NCBI GenBank assembly: GCA_964016885.1
Contig: OZ024743.1
Coordinates: forward strand, 20,398,001-20,462,000
Length of the DNA stretch: 64,000 nt
Source of the DNA: Eledone cirrhosa
Taxonomy: Eukaryota
Reading direction: 5' to 3'
The notes under the pieces are model-generated. The model had not been told where the DNA came from. It did not search any database and worked only from the letters and a program-made list of their open reading frames with translations. The position numbers and the translations under genes were made by a program. Shown one piece after another: positions 28,585 through 38,819 of this stretch (position 1 is its first letter; every line of letters begins with the position of its first letter).

Positions 28585-28780
28585 GTACTCTCCAGTCAAG
28601 CCCCTAGCAGTGGAGACTTCTGGTGTCCTTAGCCCAAGGGCTACCTACCTACTTACCACCATAGGTGCTGAGCTGGCTAGCCACAGGTGTGAGCTTCACA
28701 AAATGGAATGGCTCTTCCAGTGCATTATACTTACCATCCCCCGGGGAAATGCCTTCTCCGTTCTGTCTGCCAAGGCTTTG
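28585..28780 (+). mobile_element. CRE-like non-LTR retrotransposon C-terminal remnant
   Basis: PLAVETSGVL...IGAELA...WLFQCIILTIPRGNAFSVL fits the P.avET.G...LFQRlS.ai.RGNA C-terminus of CRE-clade elements. Confidence 0.7.
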
Positions 28781-29221
28781 GGGCTGCCAGCATGTGGGAC
28801 CCCATTTGATGATAATAATACAGAGAAGAGGGCAAGGGTGATGACAGTGGGAGTTCGGTTCTTGTGTGTTTAGACCAGGTTTGCAGTTTCAATATATATA
28901 TATGTTTCTTTTATTTGCCACAAGGGCATCAAAAGTAGGACAAGTACAATGGGGGGAGTTTACAAAACAAGGCGTCCTCAATAGGGAGGAGGCAATAACA
29001 ATATATAAAAATAAAATAAAATATAACAAAAAATAGAATTATAACAAAATCCTCAATAGAGGATTTTGTTATAAAATATAACAAAAAATAAAATTTATAA
29101 CAAAATCCTCAATAGAGAGGAGGCGCCTTGGGGGGTCGCACACACCCCCGAAAAAAGTGCGCAACCCTTTTCCTCAGGAGCACAGAGAGGGGGTGCTCCC
29201 TCGTTCCTTCCTCTTTTCCAC

Positions 29222-32200
29222 CTACAGGCTTATGTAAAGAGAAGGCCCATTCACACGGGCCATTCTCGCCACTTTCACCCACCTTTCATAAAAACGACTG
29301 GGGTGCAGCACCTCTCTCTCCATCCTGATCCTTCTTCCGAAATGATATCGGAAGAAACGGACCAGTTGTTGGCCAGAGAGAAAGGTGCCTGACCTCAGTC
29401 CTTTCAGACGCGTCCACCATACAACCTCTTTCGCCATGGCTATTACGCACAGAAACACCGCCTCTGCTTCATCTTTGAAGGGGGGAGGCGGCTTGATCAT
29501 TACAATAGACTCGGTGGTCAACCGGATCGGTCCCACCCTTGACAGCAGTTGTTCGACATAGCCCCACAGATCGGCTACGCCCGAGCAGTGTACCAATGCG
29601 TGTGCAACGGTTTCCTCGTCGCACACGCATCTGGGACAGATCTTTTTGGCGGGGTCCCTACCCGGGCGCCCGTGTCTGTAGAGCCTTTCTCGAACGGGTA
29701 AAACTCCTCGGTAGCACTGCCAGGCCAGGGACTTCTGGAAGTTGTCCATAGGTCCCGGGCTGAATGTCCTACCGAACAGGCTGGCCAGTTCGTCCTCCTC
29801 CATGTCTAGGGCTTCTCCGAGGGCGTCGTCGCACCTGCTGCGTACCAGCCCTCTATAGAATGTTGCGGTGGAGTCTCCACTGATAACCGGATCCGCCTGC
29901 CAGAGGGCGGTGAGCGCCTGGGCACACTCAGTGTGCTAGGCGCCCAGTTTTCTCGGTCTTTGCTTGACCCAGGATTGCAGCTCGGTGAGTGAGACGAGTC
30001 TGGGAAAGGTTCGTCTCACAAACGAGGCCCACACCGGTTGTCCGGTGAGGAATACGTAGAGGTGCCGTAGCCTTAATGCGTGTTTACGCATCATTAGCCA
30101 CGGCATCCCCAGCCCTCCTTTCGAAGGGTGTTGACAGCAGATGGATCTCCTCACCATAGGAGCCCGCCTCTTCCAAAGGAATTGGAAGAGCGCGCGCTCC
30201 ATCTTGGTGAGGGTTTCCCTTGGGCAGGGCACTACGGTCAGGCGGTAGTAGATGACGGACGCTATGTAGGTGTTCGCCACCTCCGCCCGACCTTTCAGGG
30301 ATAGTTTGCAACTGGCCCACTTCTGGGTCAGTGCAAACACCCTGTTCGTAACCTCCGCCCAGTTTTTCTCCACCTGGAGGTCCGGTCCGAACCAGACCCC
30401 GAGCAACTTCACCGGGCCCTCCGTCCAGCGTCAGACGACGCCATCGGAGGGCATCGGTCTGCCCCTCCACGTGCCGAGTTGCAAACCGATCGACTTGTCC
30501 CGGTTCAGCTTAGCCCCTGTGAACTTTTCGTACTCCTCCAGTAAGGTGCCGACCGCCTCGATTTCGGAGGCCGTCGACACCATTACTGTCACGTCATCGG
30601 CGTAGGCCGACACCGCTTTCCGCAATCCCGGTTCCAAAGGGATGCCCTGCAACAACTCCAACTTCCGCAGTAGTGGCTCGAGAGTCAACACATACAGAAG
30701 GGAGGAGAGAGGGCACCCTTGTCGGATGGACCGCGCGATTTTGAACGGCTCCGAGAGGTAGCCGTTCACCTTGACCCTCGAGCAGATGCGGCTGCTGTGC
30801 ATAGCAGTGATCCAGCCCCTGAAAACGGGTCCGAAGCCTGCCGCCGCTAGCACCGCATCCAGGTAACCATGGTCGACCCTATCGAACGCCTTAGATTGAT
30901 CCAAGTTGATCAGAGCCCCGCCAAAGCCGGGTTCGTTCCCAACCCTCTCTATGATGTATCGCATGAGGTGGAGGTTGTCATGGATGGACCTGGACGGGAT
31001 AGCACATGTCTGCGCATCTCCCACCAGGTTTCCCACGACAAGCGCCAACCTCTTTGCTAGCACCTTGGCCAAAATCTGTAACTCTGTATTTAGCAGAGTT
31101 ATGGGCCTGAAGTTACTTATTTCGTCCCCCTTGTTCTCGTCCTTCCTCACTAGCGTGACTACGCCCTTGGTCACAGTACAGGGAATTCTCCCGTTCTGTT
31201 GCCAGTTGCAGTAGACCGCCTCGAGGAGATCGGGGAACAAGTCCGGCATAGCTAGATATAATTCGTAAGGAAGACCATCGAGACCCAGGGATTTGCGTTT
31301 GCCGCATTGGCTCAGCACGTCCTCTATCTCAGCGGCCGAAATCGGCTCCTCGCAGGACTTCGCCTCCCTGTCCGAGAGGCGCGGCAGGCCGTCGAGGTAT
31401 GGACCGAAGTTCACGTTCCCAACCGGCTCCCCGCCCCTCCCGAACAGTCGGGCAAAGTGCCTTTGAAAGGCCTCACACATCTGCTTAGGCTCAAGAATCG
31501 CCCGTCCATCCAGGTCTCGCAAAGACTGGATGGTGGATTTAGTTCCACTGTTGGCCTCTGTCACGCGGGCCCAGCTAACAGCTTTGGTCCCCTCGTTCCC
31601 TAGAGCACGTATTTTACTTCGGACAACGCAGCCTTCGTGCTTCGCGTCGAAAAACTGGCTCAAAGCCGTTCTCGACGCTAGCACTCTGGCCACGTCGCCG
31701 CTTCTAATTGCCTCTTCTACTCTATCTATTAGCTCCCTTTCCTTGCTATTCTTATCCGCAGCTAGAACCTTACTAAATTCTATCGAGACTACTCTAATCT
31801 CTCTCTTTAGAGATACCCACCACCTGCTGTTGACGATCGCTCCAGTCAACCGTTCCTTAACTAACGTACTAATCCGATTCCTGTAGGCTCTACTTGCCGG
31901 CAAGGACAAGTTGATCTTCCAGTAACCGGGGCCCTGTCTATGAGTTCTGTCAAGGTTGACCATGCAGGTCACTAATTTGTGGTCTGAATAGCCAACCATG
32001 CGCATTTTTGGACAACTTAAAAAGTCCTTATCCTTAATTCTAACTAAGAACCTATCTAGGTACGACCTAGATGATCCGCTACGATTTGCCCAAGTCCAGG
32101 TTGGCGCAGTCGGAAAATCTAGTCGATATCTATCGGCCAGGTCAAATCGACCGATTAACCCTTTGAGGCTATTACACCCCTCTCTATCGGGGCAGGCCCC

Positions 32201-32659
32201 TATGTAGTCCCAGCGTGCATCTAGGATACCATTCCAGTCCCCCACTAATAGCAAGGAGTGGGACGTCCCTAGAAAAGTCTCCAGACGGTGGAAGAAGTCC
32301 GGCCGCATTGACCCGAAAGGGCCGTAGGCGGCTACCAACCTAAACGCTCCGCCTTTACCACTGCCAAGGTCCAGAACCACTAGTCGACCCTCCGGGTCCA
32401 AATGTACCATCAGTGTTGCGAGACCCAGATGTTTTTGCAGCAGAACGACAACTCCACCCCCACCTCCGGGCTGACAGAGAGATGCGTGCATCTCAAAGTC
32501 ATCAAAGGTGGGGGCCAGCTGTCGCACGTTGCTGATCCGGGCCTCGCAAATTACCATCACATCTATACGTTGTGACCTGAGGTCATTTAGAAGCATTGCT
32601 TGCTTCCAAGTTGAGCCCAGGCCACGCGCATTTAAACAGCCTACTCTTAGCATAGCCAT
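29222..32659 (-). pseudogene. LINE ORF2 (APE endonuclease, reverse transcriptase, C-terminal Zn-binding) with two in-frame stops
   Basis: APE: CLNARGL, VGDWNG, SYLDRFL, YSDHKLV. RT: GLDGLPYE, FRPITLLN, DQSKAFDRVDH, RQGCPLS, YADD. C-terminus: CPRC..EETVAHALVHC. ORFs 30431-32683, 29936-30412 and 29222-29803 share one frame, broken by TGA (30431-33) and TAG (29936-38). Confidence 0.95.
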
Positions 32660-32683
32660 GTTGGTGGTGAAGAGAAAAGGCAC

Positions 32684-34474
32684 TTACCTCTCTGCGTCCC
32701 GGGTATCGGGCTGCACAATTTCCATTAGGGTGGGGGATGGGTTGTTGGGTGGGGTGGTGGTTTGTGGAAGTGTGGGGGCATCAGTGTGTTGTGTGGTTGG
32801 GGAGCTTGGAGTTGTGTGGGTGTTTGGGGAGGGGGTGGGATAGTTTTTTAGGAGGACGCGGTTAATGGGCCCGTGGCAGGGGGGACCCACGTCCTCTATA
32901 AAATTGTTTTTTAAAGTTTTATAGGTGTCCTGTGGGGCCTTAATCATTTTGAGGTGGGGGAAATCCCCTGCCTGGGTGAAGTTAGGCCCTTGTGTTTTTA
33001 TTAGATTGTTGTTGTACACAATGTTTAACAGTTTTTTGTTTCTTGTATTTATGTATGTGTATGCATGTTTTTGTTTTTGTGTGGTGTTTTTTGTTTGCTG
33101 TTGTGAACTCTTTTGTGTTGGTGTCAGTGTTATGTTTTGGGGAGGGTTTTTTTTCATTTGTGTGTCTGAGGTGTGTTTTCTTTTTTTTCTTTTGATTGTG
33201 TGGAAGTGCTCCTCCTCGTCTGACGACGAACTAGGGTCATCTTCCGCGTTGGAGGGGAGGGGTATATTTTCGGGTTGTGTTTGCGGTACGGGTGTTTTGG
33301 AAATTGTTTTTGTTTTTTGAGTGGAGGGGATGGGTTGGACATTGTTTTGTTTTGGTTTGAGCTGTGGTGGTTGTTTTTGTAGTGGTAGTTGTGGTGATTG
33401 TGTTGGTTGTGTAGTTGTTGGTGGTGTAGGCAGGATTGGGGTTTTCTTATTAAGTTGGGGACAGACAGCCCTCAGGTGACCTCTGGTTCCGCAGAGGTAA
33501 CACGAGGGCCGTCTACCCTCAACGGTAATGTTGATGAAGGTTAGATCATCCAGTATGACGCGTTCAGGGATCTGGGCGATCCTTTCGGGCCTCATTTGAA
33601 CTACAAGTTCGAGGCTCGTTCCACTGAACGCGTCACCCGATGCCTTTCCCATGGACACCAGCATGTCATCCTCCAGGTCCAGAAAACCTGTCAAAACCCA
33701 CCATATGTCCATAATCGGCAGGATGGTGTGGATTTTTATTTTTTGTGTTCTTCTACCCATGTACGTAGGGTAGAAGGTGTATGCGGTGGATGTGATTGGT
33801 TTGATGGACAGTTTCACTGCTGTGTCCCTGTCCTTCATGAGAATGGATAGACTCCCGTAGAGTCTATCCTTCTGAATGAAGGTGATGTCCTTCATGACGT
33901 CTTTTAAAACCAGCTCTATCTCGCTCTGTGATGGTTGAGCTGGTTTTTTACTTTTGTTCGAGATTGTCCTAAACATGACCGTGTTTAGGAGTCTCTGGCT
34001 TTTTAGTTCCGGGGGGGAATGGATTGTGACTGAACCATTTTCTCCGTACACTATATATTTTTTCGCATCCACCAGTAGCTCCTTCGCTTTTGTTATATCT
34101 ACTGGCAGATAGTCGAGGGTTTTCCTTGTCGTCTCGGCGAAGGAGAAATTTTGTTTGTTTGTGTTGTTGTTGTCGTTGGTGGTGTTGTTGTTATCATTGT
34201 TGTTGTTGTCACCGTTATTGGTCTTGTTGTTGTTGTTATTGTTATTGTTATTGGTGTTGTTTTCGTCCGTTGCATTGTTGTTGTTGTTGCTGTTGCTGCT
34301 GGTTCTTTGGGTTGTTGCCATGGCAACGTCAAGTTGTCGGTTAACAGGTGGAGAGAATTCTTCCTCTGGCTGACCTTTCTTCTTGACCTCTGCTACTGTG
34401 ACAGTGGCAGGGGGAAGCTGTAAGTTCATCTTCCCCTTTCCTCCTTCGAATTTTGGTGAAGAAGCTTCGGCCAT
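32684..34474 (-). CDS. LINE ORF1 protein (596 aa; poly-Asn tract, CX2CX4HX4C zinc knuckle, P/Q/T-rich tail)
   Basis: Intact ATG-TAA frame; CYLCGTRGHLRAVC knuckle; lies directly upstream of ORF2. Confidence 0.88.
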   Translation of the reverse strand: MAEASSPKFEGGKGKMNLQLPPATVTVAEVKKKGQPEEEFSPPVNRQLDVAMATTQRTSSNSNNNNNATDENNTNNNNNNNNNKTNNGDNNNNDNNNTTNDNNNTNKQNFSFAETTRKTLDYLPVDITKAKELLVDAKKYIVYGENGSVTIHSPPELKSQRLLNTVMFRTISNKSKKPAQPSQSEIELVLKDVMKDITFIQKDRLYGSLSILMKDRDTAVKLSIKPITSTAYTFYPTYMGRRTQKIKIHTILPIMDIWWVLTGFLDLEDDMLVSMGKASGDAFSGTSLELVVQMRPERIAQIPERVILDDLTFINITVEGRRPSCYLCGTRGHLRAVCPQLNKKTPILPTPPTTTQPTQSPQLPLQKQPPQLKPKQNNVQPIPSTQKTKTISKTPVPQTQPENIPLPSNAEDDPSSSSDEEEHFHTIKRKKRKHTSDTQMKKNPPQNITLTPTQKSSQQQTKNTTQKQKHAYTYINTRNKKLLNIVYNNNLIKTQGPNFTQAGDFPHLKMIKAPQDTYKTLKNNFIEDVGPPCHGPINRVLLKNYPTPSPNTHTTPSSPTTQHTDAPTLPQTTTPPNNPSPTLMEIVQPDTRDAER

Positions 34475-34752
34475 TTAAAAAAAAAATATTGACTTTTCAA
34501 CAAGAAAAAACTTTTTTTTGTTTAACTATTTCGCCTAAAGGCGTAGAATATTTTGAGAGACTGACCAGATCAAAGTTTGACCTGGCAGTCCCTCTACAAA
34601 ATGGTACAAAAATTAAAGTTATCAGACAAGAATTTCTATAGAAATTTAAACAGAACTTACCCAGCAAGTTATACGCGTGTGTCCATCCCAGAGATAGAGA
34701 TAGATAGATGCAATATATTAACAAATGGAAACTATATTTATAAAACCATATT

Positions 34753-34818
34753 TATTTCATTATACATATTTCAAGGGCCACCAAGGCAAACTATGGTGCG
34801 CTTTCATCAGATAAAATA
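34753..34818 (-). ncRNA. type I hammerhead ribozyme motif
   Basis: Reverse complement TATTTTAT-CTGATGA-AAGCGCACCA...TGGTGGCCCTT-GAAA-TATGTA-TA-ATGAAATA. Confidence 0.82.
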
Positions 34819-35164
34819 TAATATAAGTTAGTTTTATAAATAAATATTGACATACCCTGAAAAAATGCAACCATTCTGGTTGGAATCTTCTTGATAGTGG
34901 GGTTATTAGATTTATTGTTGGTTCATTATGCAAATTAGTATCGGAAAGGTTTAAATAACAGTATATTTAAATTATGTCGTCTTATTTTTTTTCCCTATTC
35001 CAACGGCTTAATTTAAATATACTGTTATTTAAACCTTTCCGAGACTAATTTGCGTAATAAACCAATAATAAATCTAATAACCCCACCATCCAGGAGATTC
35101 CAACCAGAATGGTTGCATTTTTTCAGGGTATGTCAATATTTATTTATAAAACTAACCTATATTA

Positions 35165-35230
35165 TATTTTATCTGATGAAAGCGCACCATAGTTTGCCTT
35201 GGTGGCCCTTGAAATATATATAATGAAATA
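35165..35230 (+). ncRNA. type I hammerhead ribozyme motif
   Basis: TATTTTAT-CTGATGA-AAGCGCACCA[TAGTTTGCCT]TGGTGGCCCTT-GAAA-TATATA-TA-ATGAAATA; 8-bp stem I with one G-U pair; palindromic stem III. Confidence 0.85.
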
Positions 35231-35360
35231 AATATGGTTTTATAAATATAGTTTTCATTTGTTAATATATTGTATATTTACTCCAATAATTTGTTGAGTG
35301 TTTTATATCAGTTATAAAAATATTTTGCTTGTTGTATCCCAACAAATTAAATATAACCTC

Positions 35361-35420
<60 letters not shown>

Positions 35421-35700
35421 CTATTATAACAGCTCTTTCCTCTGTAAATAGGTTGATGATCAAATGGGGACAATGTTGATTAGTCTTTAGTCTTTTTGAG
35501 AACATAACTGCCACAGGTAGTACACTTTGTAAATTCGTTTGCATTAGGAAGAGCATCCCGCTGTTGGAAACATGCCGAAATTAGGAACATATGAGTATAA
35601 TGTGTTCCTCTGACAAATCTAGTAATTCAGAATAAATCGCTCAGATCATGAAGAGCTGGCAAACTCATGCCAGCATGGAAAACAAATGTAAAATAATAAT

Positions 35701-35885
35701 TGTTTCTACTTTAGGCACAAGGCCAGCAATTACCCAGTGCATTACTGGTACTTTATTTTATCGACCCCGTAAGGATGAAAGGCAAAGTCAACCTCGGCGG
35801 GATTTTAACTCAGATCGTAAAGGGACGTAACTATGCTGGAAAGCATGGCGTCCGACCCTCTACCGATACTGCCAATCCACTGCCC
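35701..35885 (-). mobile_element. MetaSINE-like tRNA SINE with ~17-bp target site duplication
   Basis: Core GCCTTTCATCCTTACGGGGTCGATAAAATAAAGTACC; AAATGTAAAATAATAAT on both sides (35684-35700, 35886-35902). Confidence 0.88.
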
Positions 35886-36436
35886 AAATGTAAAATAATA
35901 ATGGTGACTTTTTACCTACCACTATCAACATCATTAGGTGGTGAATTGGCAGTCTTTAGAACATCAGAGAGAATACTTTGGGCATTTGTTCTGGTTCTTT
36001 GCTCTCAAATCCCACTGCAGTCAATATTGCCGTTCAACATTTTGAGGTCGATAAAAAAAACTACCTGTAGATTGATCTTCTTCTATATATCTATCTCACT
36101 TTCTGTCTTTCTCTGGAAGAAATCTTGTGTGTTCAGACCTGGAGGTGGGTGGGCTTCACCAGGTTTAAAATGTCCAAGAAACACTACATCCCCTATGGTG
36201 TCCCTACAACTTCATCAGGATTTATGGGACCATACCATCAACATCATAACCATGATAATATCCATTATTTCTATATGTAGTGATATGTAGGATGTGTTTT
36301 CATGACGCACTACTAGATATTTTAATCTGAAATCCTCAGTAATCAACTCAATTCGTTGATGGTATTTTCAATTACAAAATTTTGGATATTTTTCAATTTA
36401 TGAAATATCATTCAGTATTTTATATTACATTGTACA

Positions 36437-36780
36437 TGCATGGTTGTGTGGTTAAGTTTGCTTCACAACCACATAATTTCAGGTCCTATCCATCTTAGTG
36501 GTACCATTGGCTGGTTTAAGCTGACCAATGACTTGTGAGTAAATTTGGTTGCCAGAAATTGCATGCAAGCCTGTCATGTGTATATATGTGTGTATGTGTG
36601 TGTATATATACTTGTTTGTCTTCACTAGTAACATTTATTTATGTCCTGCATAAACAACATGTTTTGTGTAGAAAGAAGTTCTGTCATTTAATGAGGCTTG
36701 TCATCTGGAAGGACACCCAGCTGTTGATTGCTGATACCAAACGTTTTGTCCAGTCTATATTAGCTTGGAAAAATAGACTT
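36437..36780 (+). mobile_element. decayed tRNA-derived SINE (second family)
   Basis: Head CATGGTTGTGTGGTTAAG, internal (TG)n and RTE-like tail; a related copy lies at about 46560-46757 on the minus strand. Confidence 0.55.
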
Positions 36781-36944
36781 AATTAAAATCAATGTACATT
36801 TATGAAGTTTTATAAAGAACCAAAGCTTCATATGATAAATTAGGAATTACTAGTGCATAACTATTAATAAAATGGTAAGAATTAAACATTTTAGAATTGT
36901 ACTTGTATAGTTTCAATATGTTATTGAACTGGAATATGTGTGTG

Positions 36945-37139
36945 TGTCACAACAAAAACCACCCTGTACACATTGTAAATGTGGATGCCATTAGGAAGGG
37001 CGTCCAGCCATAGAAACCAAGCCAGAAACAGTTCTGTATGGGCAAGACATGGTCACATGACACGACCTGCCTCAAATGGGTCAACCTGTCTAACCCAGGC
37101 TAGCATGGAAAATAGATGTTAAACAAAGACGATGATGAT
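36945..37139 (+). repeat. RTE 3' tail fragment
   Basis: TTAGGAAGGGCGTCCAGCC...CTAGCATGGAAAATAGATGTTAAAC...GATGATGAT. Confidence 0.75.
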
Positions 37140-38505
37140 ATATATATTCAATGTTTATTATTTTGGGTTATGATGAATTTAGCACTAGTACCTTATAGGG
37201 TGCATTGTAAAAATTGCCTCAGCCAGATTTGGTAAGTATTTATTAAACATTTTTTTTTATATTGCTCACATACATAGAATCTTTTAGAGACTTATAGTTT
37301 TGTTTGGAATAGGTGTGAATTGATTATTTCTAATATATTCCTCATATTAAATATTAAAATACAGTAAGCGCTAACTTTAAGTCATTGAATAATTTCATGT
37401 GCATTTACTCATACTCAAAATAGTTGTTTTATGTTGTCACTGTTATAAATTTATACTGTATTTGGTGGTATATAAGACCTACAGATATATTCATTTTAGA
37501 ACTAAATATTTGAAAGAATTTTTAGAGAATTTAAACATGCAATGTTTAGTAAAATATGTAATTATATTATAGCAGGAAAAAAAAAACTTGAGATTAAGAT
37601 AACAAGAAAAATCTTATTAAAGAATTTAGGAAAATATTAATGAATTTAGCAAGGTAGATAATCAGATAGTCTATTGCATTTAGATATAAACACTAGACTT
37701 CTAGATATCACAACTTTGCATATAAGAACTGGGTCAAATTTTGGAGATCATTTTTGAAGTGGGGTAGTGAGTCTTTTATGTCATAAATTATAGCGATTGT
37801 TTAAAAGAATCTACATTCAAATTCTGTGGAAGTAAGAACACTATATCATTAAATTTTTCAAATAAGCTTCAACAATCTTAGTGCAATTTGACTTTTGAAC
37901 AAGAAGCACATTTACAAAGTAAAAAGAAACTTATTGATAGATAAGCTGTTTACATTAAATTTTTAGTCATAATATCAATTCTATTATAGTGATTGTCAAT
38001 ATAATTTTCTTTTCATCTTTGCATCAATCAAATTAGCTTCCCAATATAATACAAACCTTGTCCGAATAACTTTTTTTAATGTCATCCATTGCTATAAATT
38101 GTACAACAATGATGCTTCATGGGCAGTCGTTTCAAATGAAAGAAACCTTTAGAATTTAAAATCAAAAGTACTTGTACTAATAAACAGGCTTGTTTTGATT
38201 CTGTCATTATTTTATACATGAAAAGTTATCTTTCATTTAAACAAAATGGGTTGTTTTGAGTTTAAATTCATCTAAGATAAGAAAACATTTTCATTGAATA
38301 ATTAAACTCATCTGAAAGTATAAGACGTAGGACTGGTATTTAAATTTTTCTATTTATTAACTGTTTTTCATCAACTAAAGTAAAGTAGAAAATAAAAAAT
38401 TAGAAAAACCTTTTTCAAAATATATTTAAATGATTATGTACAACACACTCTCATACATATAACGACTTGAATAAGTGGTTATAAGTACATCTTTGCAAAT
38501 CTGAA

Positions 38506-38520
38506 GCGCACGCGCACACG

Positions 38521-38617
<97 letters not shown>

Positions 38618-38769
38618 AAATCTGTGTGTGTGTGTGTGTGTGGACACACACTTATTTTTTTGTTTCTGAACTCATACATATATGACTTTTAGAATGTACT
38701 CTCTCTCTCTCTGTGTATGTATGTATGTATGTGTGTGTATGTATGTATGTATATATGTATGTATGTATG

Positions 38770-38816
<47 letters not shown>
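38506..38816. repeat. microsatellite cluster (CA)n, (TG)n, (TATG)n, (TA)n
   Basis: Directly visible. Confidence 0.95.

Positions 38817-38819
<3 letters not shown>

Larger units (their letters stand above)
28903..34690 (-). mobile_element. near full-length Tx1/L1-clade LINE
   Basis: ORF1 with CCHC knuckle; ORF2 with APE, RT and C-terminal Zn motif; 3' UTR with AATAAA (28910-28915) ending at (TA)n. The 5' boundary is approximate. Confidence 0.92.
34711..35272. repeat. fold-back element, ~270-bp inverted arms and ~22-bp spacer, PLE pLTR-like
   Basis: 34711-34980 is the reverse complement of 35003-35272 with about 12 mismatches by eye; followed by (TA)n at about 35363. Confidence 0.92.

Noticed and set aside
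30431-30433. In-frame TGA in LINE ORF2 as possible selenocysteine or recoding
   Set aside because: A second stop (TAG) lies downstream and no SECIS was seen; ordinary nonsense mutations are the simpler explanation.
30270-34423. Plus-strand ORFs antisense to the Tx1 LINE
   Set aside because: Shadow frames of GC-rich or stop-poor coding sequence; no recognisable motifs.
35775-36290. 171-aa ORF
   Set aside because: Runs across two SINEs and filler sequence; no protein motif.
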